Shown here in pieces: positions 58,401-64,000 of a stretch of DNA of 64,000 nucleotides. The stretch comes from Octopus bimaculoides (lineage: Eukaryota): contig NC_068986.1 of the NCBI RefSeq assembly GCF_001194135.2, forward strand, positions 21,489,540 to 21,553,539, in the 5' to 3' direction. Each line of letters opens with the position of its first letter. The first letter of the stretch is position 1. A program made the position numbers and the translations under genes. The notes beneath the pieces were generated by a model. That model had not been told where the DNA came from and made no database searches. It saw nothing but the letters and a program-made list of their open reading frames with translations.

Positions 58401-60365
58401 GTCCAATGGAGTTTATTGAGACAGATTTTCACTGGCTGGATGCTCTTTCTGTCACCTTTTTACCAAGTAAGGTAATACTTCCCCATGGCCAGACATGTTC
58501 TGTGGAGGCACTTGGCTTAGTTGTTAGGGTGTTGGACTCATGATTGTAAGTTTATGGTTTCAATTCTTGGACCGGGCATTCTGTTGTGTTCTCGAGCAAA
58601 ACAGTTCATTTCACATTGCTCCAGTTCGCTCAGCTTGCAAAAATGAATAACTCTGCAATGGACTGGTGTTCCATCCAGGTGGGGAATTTGTGCGCCATGG
58701 AAACTGGGAAGCTGACCCTTATGAGTCAGCATGACTTGAGAAGATAACCTTTACCTTTGCGTAGATGTGTTCTCACAGAATATTGGAAATGAATGACACT
58801 GCTTGTATAACAGTGATGATCATTTACAACTGTCACACAATGTCAAGACAATGTGACACACACACACATGATGGACTATATACATTTTTCAGTCACTTCC
58901 TCCCAACTTGCATGAATGTTCTTGATGCAGTCTGCGATGTTGTAGCTCTTCCAGAAATCATGAAGGTTCACTTCACCACTTTCAGTTGCCTTGGAAAATG
59001 TTGTGCGCAAATAATACACTTTGAATGTCGCTATAGCTTGTAAAGTTCGTCGTAACTCCGAGTGGTCGTTAAATGAGGACAGTCTGTACACTCAGAGTGG
59101 TTGATATTAGGAAGAGCATCCTTCCTAATGTAGAAAACCATGCCAAATCAGACTGGAGTCTGGTGCAGCCACCCAGCTTGCTAACCCTGGTCAAACTGTC
59201 CAACCCATGCCAGCATGGACAGAGGACATTAAATGATGATGATGATATATTTATATATATATATATATACACACGCATACACATCATCACCACCATGACC
59301 ACCATCGTCATCATCATTATGATCTAATGTCCATTTTTTATGCTCTCATGGGTCAGATAAAATTTATTGAGGCAAATTTTGTGCTGCTAGATGCCCTTCT
59401 TGTTACCAAATGAGGCAATATTGTCCCTTAGCTAGACATGTTTTTCTCTGAAGACTGCAAAGAACAACCTCGCTTGTATGAGAATGACGCTCATTTACAA
59501 ACATTACCTGATTTCTGGATGAGGGTTTACATGCACACAGATATGTACACACACTGGCATTCCATCAATTATGACAAATGATGTTCCAGTTGATCCAATC
59601 AATAGAACAGCCAGCTCATGAAATTAGTGTGCAAGTGGCTGAGTACTCCACAAACGTGCATACCCTTAATGTAGTTCTCAAAAAGATTCAGCATGACACA
59701 GAATGTGACAAGGCTGGCTCTTTGAAATGCCGGCACAACTTGATTTTGTCAGCTGGCACAATGTGAAATAAAGTGTCTTGCTCTAGGACACAATATGCCA
59801 CCAGAAACCGAACTCACAATCTTACGATTGTGAGCTGAATACCCTAACCACTAAGTCATGTGTCTTCACTACATACACTCACATGTATGATGGGTTTCTT
59901 TCAGTTTCTGTCTACAAAAGCCGCTTACAATCCTTTGGTCAATCTAGGGCGAAAGTAGAAAACACTTGTTTAAAATGTCTTAGAGTGGAACTGAACCTAA
60001 GAGTTAATGGTTGGGAAGCAAGCCCCTTAATCTAACACCCATGCCTGTACCTAGGATAAGTATCTTTTATAATAGCCCCAGTTTATTATTATGTTTATTT
60101 ATTTATTTTGGTAGTACTAACTTAAAACTATTTGCTTCTTGTCATTTCAGCTTCAGATGATACAAACGGCCCAATTGTTCACGATTTAATGGCCCTTGAA
60201 GAATTTCCACTTGATGACAGTTGGCATGATCTTGTCATTAAACTTGACCAAATAGGAGAAGAACAAATTGCAGTGGAATTGCAAGCATTGATTTTCTCTC
60301 ATAGTGTCTTGAATTCAGCTTTAAAGACATGTCATGATCTGAATGAATTAAATTTACTTTATTAA
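47388..60365 (+). CDS. CLHC1: Clathrin heavy chain linker domain-containing protein 1-like; spliced gene, 8 coding exons, 1863 nt, 620 aa
   Basis: Blocks AFNMVIEHVQNYKLLLTSIKKEYEDVIETL, RVIPGITLEQS, KYVPK, EPDDEKEAELMLENIEIFNEM, HAAVCPKGILRTMATFQRFK, SLECIRC, KLTITKAAGDLI and LAEFIYTQLGLYKEA align by eye with vertebrate CLHC1 as I recall it. Exons: 47388-47597, 49424-49611, 50760-50899, 52282-52614, 54171-54380, 56083-56260, 57761-58149, 60151-60365; phases are consistent. AATAAA at 60399-60404. The true start could lie in an unseen upstream exon. Confidence 0.85.
47715..48048 (+). mobile_element. SINE family C (CORE-like), full length
   Basis: tRNA-like A/B boxes followed by the CORE-like block. 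Confidence 0.8.
48178..48620 (+). mobile_element. Young RTE LINE 3' end (ORF stop, minisatellite 3' UTR, (GAT)n tail)
   Basis: DRDLWKCAVREKTRQAK* followed by repeated units; CpGs intact. Confidence 0.88.
49424..49611 (+). CDS. CLHC1: CLHC1 coding exon 2 (VIEHVQNYKLLLTSIKKEYED...YQLQE)
   Basis: tttcAG acceptor, GTAAGT donor, phase 0 to 2. Confidence 0.9.
49665..50102 (-). mobile_element. Full-length SINE family B
   Basis: Head, microsatellite and (actctttt)n tail. Confidence 0.87.
50760..50899 (+). CDS. CLHC1: CLHC1 coding exon 3 (LAIQRGHNK...DKRVIP)
   Basis: ttgtAG acceptor, GTGAGT donor, phase 2 to 1. Confidence 0.88.
51209..51366 (+). pseudogene. tRNA-Glu(TTC)-derived pseudogene, anticodon now TTT, 5' end disrupted by microsatellites
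   Basis: tagtggttaggattCCTGG-ctTTTac-CCAGGcagCCCGGGTTCGATTCCTGGcatggaaa (51307-51366) matches the eukaryotic tRNA-Glu D, anticodon and T arms; the 5' acceptor strand survives only as atccata at 51209, before (AT)n/(GT)n. Confidence 0.75.
51380..51748 (+). mobile_element. Full-length SINE family B, followed by a head-only copy at 51783-51935
   Basis: Head to tail recognisable. Confidence 0.85.
52282..52614 (+). CDS. CLHC1: CLHC1 coding exon 4 (ITLEQSTDVNYL...KYVPKSEK...TIDEK)
   Basis: ccctAG acceptor, GTCTGT donor, phase 1 to 1. Confidence 0.88.
53095..53210. repeat. Imperfect inverted repeat (MITE-like), 17-bp perfect core
   Basis: aaaaactgttaacttca (53111-53127) pairs with tgaagttaacagttttt (53178-53194); ccattca/tgaatgg ends. 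Confidence 0.75.
54171..54380 (+). CDS. CLHC1: CLHC1 coding exon 5 (clathrin-linker-like: EPDDEKEAELMLE...FQRFK)
   Basis: attttAG acceptor, GTCTGT donor, phase 1 to 1. Confidence 0.9.
55445..55995 (-). mobile_element. Repeat family F, second copy
   Basis: Reverse complement of 8553-9010, extending further at its 3' end. Confidence 0.8.
56083..56260 (+). CDS. CLHC1: CLHC1 coding exon 6 (LQTVPGERPSPSFIFCKALL...FFWLSQK)
   Basis: tcatAG acceptor, GTTAGT donor, phase 1 to 2. Confidence 0.88.
56330..56710 (+). mobile_element. Old RTE LINE 3' relic
   Basis: Degenerate RL.WYGHL.LMEE and G.CGRERSRETW.E motifs. Confidence 0.5.
57761..58149 (+). CDS. CLHC1: CLHC1 coding exon 7 (LTITKAAGDLIKEYCKC...RKITYK)
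   Basis: ttgcAG acceptor, GTCAGT donor, phase 2 to 1. Confidence 0.88.
58870..59075 (-). mobile_element. pogo/Tigger-type DNA transposon transposase fragment
   Basis: IATFKVYYLRTTF...FWKSYNIADCIKNIHASWEEVTEKC matches the post-DDE region of Tigger transposases. Confidence 0.75.
60151..60365 (+). CDS. CLHC1: CLHC1 terminal coding exon (SDDTNGPIVHDLMA...LNLLY*)
   Basis: tttcAG acceptor, phase 1, stop TAA; AATAAA 34 nt downstream. Confidence 0.85.
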
Positions 60366-60786
60366 AAAATGATATCTTTATCTTTCTTTAAACATCAGAA
60401 TAAAATATTTTCATTAAAATAATAAAAAACAAGAGTACTCAGAGAGTGCAAGCCAACACCAATGTCCTCTCAATGATTAGCCAGAGATGATTTTTTAAAT
60501 GAGAATATCTGAAATAAACTCGACTGCTCTCACAAACGAAAGTACTAAAAATGAACTCAACCACTCTCAAAAATTAAGTAAAACAACAGGAAAAATAATC
60601 CAGAATCCTTGTCCAGTACTGGATGGATCCCAAAATCTAATCAGTTTGTGCCAGTCATGAGGCCAAATATCCCTGAAAATTTCATCTGAATCCATTCAGT
60701 GGTTCTTGAGATATCTTGTCCACAGATAAACAAATACAGCTGAAAACAATACCTCCACCTTCACTAAGGCAGAGGTAATAAAAGAT

Positions 60787-61075
60787 CATCATCATCATCA
60801 TCATCCTCGTTATCATTATCATCATTTAACATCTTTTTTCCATGCTGGCATGGGTTGGACGGTTCGACAGGAGCTGGCAAGCCAAAGAGCTGCATGAGGC
60901 TCTAGTCATCTGTTTTGGCATGGTTTCTATGGCTGGATGCCCTTCCTAATGCCAACTACTTTATAGAGTGTTCTGGGTGCTTATTACATGGCACCAAAAT
61001 GGGTGCTTTTTTTGTGGCACTGGCATGGTTGCTCTTTATATGGCATCATCATGCTCTTTTGTGGTGCCAGCATGG
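60787..61075 (-). mobile_element. RTE LINE 3' UTR copy downstream of CLHC1
   Basis: (CAT)n tail followed by the family A body. Confidence 0.78.
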
Positions 61076-61539
61076 GTGGTTTTTATATATGGAGTGGAAC
61101 ACATGAAGTAACCTATGTTCGTTTTTTTTTTTTTCTGGCTCTCTCTTTTCCTTTCATTTTTGTCTTTGTTTCTCCCTGGACATTATACTTTCACCCATCT
61201 TCCATGAAAGCAGGTTTGGCTATATTTGGAAAGAGGAAGGGTGGCTTAGCAAAAAAATTTACTTAGGGGGTGCAAACCCAGGTCCAAATTTTTTAATGAA
61301 AAATGTGGATTTTTTTCAGTGTTAACATTAAAACAAATGCAGGTACAATAATGATTTTTATAATTATGAAGGCTGGCTGAAATGTTCATAGGCTGAGCGA
61401 GACATTCTCATGGAATGTGACCAAATGAAGTTCATTTTTTAACATAGTTCCTCTTACAGTGGATAAAACCAAATTGTAAGGGTTGAATAAGGCTGTGAGA
61501 GCTCCAAAAGTTCCAGAGTGTTTCTCTGGCACAGGACTA

Positions 61540-62700
61540 CATCAGTTTGGTGATGCAGCTAGTAAGGCTGGCTGGCGATTTGCGATCACCTTTTTTGAAC
61601 GGGAATGACACTGACAATTTCCTAGTGCTCTAGAGTGACACATTTGTTAAGGCAGAATTGAAAAAAAGAAGAAAGCTGGTGCAATAGAAAGAACCCACCA
61701 CATTTGAGAAGCAAATAAGTAACACCAAGACCAGGAGAGACATAGTTGCATTTATTCTTGAGGTGGCATTGCAACTCTGTGGGTGTGAGTTCCACAGATG
61801 CTACAGAATTTGATGTCAGTGTTAGTGAAGGTACATTGGGATTTTCAGCAGTAAAAATGCCAGCTTAGCATTCAGCAATAAGCTCGGTGCATTCTTTGGG
61901 GTCATCAGTGATCTGACCTGTTTGAAGAGCGCTAGCTGGGGAGTGAGGTTTCTGTTTTAAATGCACATTTCCAGAACATTTTGGTGTCAGGGTTAGTTGC
62001 TATACGTCGTTCAAGCTCAAGCATTGCCTCTTTTGTCACTTGCTTGAGACGATTGGATGATCTGTTGTATCTTCTGTTCTCATCTGTTCTATGCTGTCTG
62101 TATTTCTGTTCAGCATCACAACGTTCTTTCCTGACAAGTTGAAATGCTGCAGCCTTTGAGACGATTGGATGATCTGTTGTATCTTCTGTTCTCATCTGTT
62201 CTATGCTGTCTGTATTTCTGTTCAGCATCACAACGATCTTTCCTGACAAGTTGAACTGCTGCAGCCTTCAAAATTGCAGTTTTTATTTCTAGAGTGTTTG
62301 CACAGTACTGACGCTTCATATGCAGCCCAGATTACACTGAGGATATTTTGAAAAACAGTATTGACATCCCCTGAATCATAAAATTCAAACCATTTTGGGC
62401 TTTGTAACTCCTTATGGTAACAGTTCCAGTCAAAGCAAGTAGTTTGAAGGTGGTGGTGCTTCTTGTTTCTGCTTATAAGAGACAGATTGGCAATGATCAT
62501 AGCATGATCAGAGTCACCTAGAGGTTCCTTTCTTGTAACACTGATAACAGTTTCAGGAGTGGTGGTAAAGAGCAGGTCCCAAGTGTTATTACCTCTTGTT
62601 GGAGAGGTGACTACTTGGGACCAGTTTGCACTTTGCAGCCAATGAAAAGTTTCCCATTCAATTTCAGGGTAGATGAAACCACCAGCAATGAAAATATAAG
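61540..62700 (-). mobile_element. Decayed CR1/Jockey-superfamily LINE ORF2 relic (endonuclease end to RT start) with a 112-bp internal tandem duplication
   Basis: GGFIYPEIEW, QVVTSPTRGNNTWDLL, PLGDSDHAMI, KMFWK and ASLTSCITKLM; duplication at 62044-62267. Confidence 0.8.
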
Positions 62701-62721
62701 TGGCTGTTATATATATATATA

Positions 62722-62872
62722 AGTGGTTGGCGTTAGGAAGGGCATCCAGCTGTAGAAACTCTGCCAAATTTAGATTGGAGCCTGGTGTTGCCATCCGGTT
62801 TCACCAGTCCTCAGTCAAGTCGTCCAACCCATGCTAGCATGGAAAGCGGACGTTAAACGATGATGATGATGA

Positions 62873-62876
<4 letters not shown>
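62722..62876 (+). mobile_element. Young 5'-truncated RTE LINE end inside an (AT)n tract
   Basis: Near-identical to 48470-48620. Confidence 0.88.
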
Positions 62877-62912
<36 letters not shown>

Positions 62913-62959
62913 CACCTAGCATTGTAGGTGTACTAACACCAGCTGAGTGGCAAGAATAG

Positions 62960-63330
62960 GTACAGGCATAGCTGTGTGGTAAGAAGCTTGCTTCCCAATC
63001 ACAAGGTTCTGGGATCAGTCCCACTGCATGACATCTTGGGCAAGGGTCTTCTACTATAGCCTCAGACCGACTAAAGCCTTATGAACAGATTTGGTAGACA
63101 GAAACTGAAAGAAGCCCGTCGTGTGTGTGTACTTGTGTTTGTCCCCTACTATCGCTTGACAACCGATGTTGGTGTGTTTATGTCCCTGAAACTTAGCAGT
63201 TCAGCAAAAGAGAACCGATAGAATAAGTACTAGGCTTACAAAGAATAAGTCAAGGGATCGATTTGTTCGACTAAAGGCGGTGCTCCAGCATGGTTACTGT
63301 CAAACAACTGAAACATGTAAAAGAGATTAA
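62960..63330 (+). mobile_element. Full-length SINE family B, followed by an RTE ORF relic at 63350-63460
   Basis: Head to tail recognisable. Confidence 0.85.
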
Positions 63331-64000
63331 AAAAGAATATACACACAAATGCAAAGTTGGACATAAGAAGCATCAGATGTGGTGTGTAAGAGATGACTGT
63401 GCTGGTATTGTCATGTGTTGCATATGGATGAGGACAGCTGTGGGAAACAGTGTCACACCCTAGGGGCTGGATCTGGCCAGTTTTAACATGGCTGGGCTTA
63501 TGGGAGGCCCAACTTCATATATTGGACCTGGAGTGATTTCTGAGACATTTTTTCGGGGAAAATAATGTATCTTATATGCCTTCAAATATGGTACATATAA
63601 GCGATATTACATTTACAACATTATATCTAATAGACTGTTCTGAGTTCTGATATCACTAACATCAAACTTACTTTTATCACTTTAAGGCCAATATTAGTCA
63701 TGTGCTGTAGTTGATTTAATTGCATATATACCCTCACCACACACACCATTTATAAATGTGTGGTCTTGTGTCATTTATCTAACTTTGATGAATTTATGAT
63801 ATAATGGAGAGGTGTAATGGGGTATATAATTTAGTGATTGTAAGAGAGATAAGACAGATGGCAGAATATTACTGACATCTTGAAAAGAAAACAAAACAGA
63901 AAAGAAAACAAAGCAGAAAGGAAAATAGAGGAGACTAAAATTAGGATGAGATCCTTTTTAAAGATAGATAGGTAGGTATATATATATATATATATATAGA

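Overview
AT-rich, microsatellite- and retroposon-dense animal genomic DNA; the repeat families look like those of Octopus (inference from memory, species not determinable). Three spliced genes were rebuilt by hand with GT-AG boundaries and consistent intron phases. (1) ZC3H14/Nab2-type poly(A)-binding CCCH zinc-finger gene, minus strand: 15 firm coding exons from 24766 down to 554, with an uncertain last exon. (2) PSMC4/Rpt3 26S proteasome ATPase, minus strand: complete, 9 exons, 418 aa, 44804-32222. (3) CLHC1-like gene, plus strand: 8 coding exons, 620 aa, 47388-60365, head-to-head with PSMC4 across a short CpG-rich ETS/CRE promoter. Introns and the intergenic interval hold many 5'-truncated RTE-clade LINE copies, several tRNA-derived SINE families, two CR1/Jockey-type relics, a Tigger transposase fragment, MITEs and a 105-N assembly gap. 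Almost all ORFs in the supplied track are microsatellite or repeat artefacts. I found no convincing new multi-gene system. The best leads are several long fold-back inverted repeats in introns, an orphan CCAAT-TATA-Inr promoter, decayed hammerhead-like motifs, a tRNA-Glu relic split by microsatellites, and the bidirectional promoter. Repeat coordinates are approximate; exon coordinates were counted base by base.
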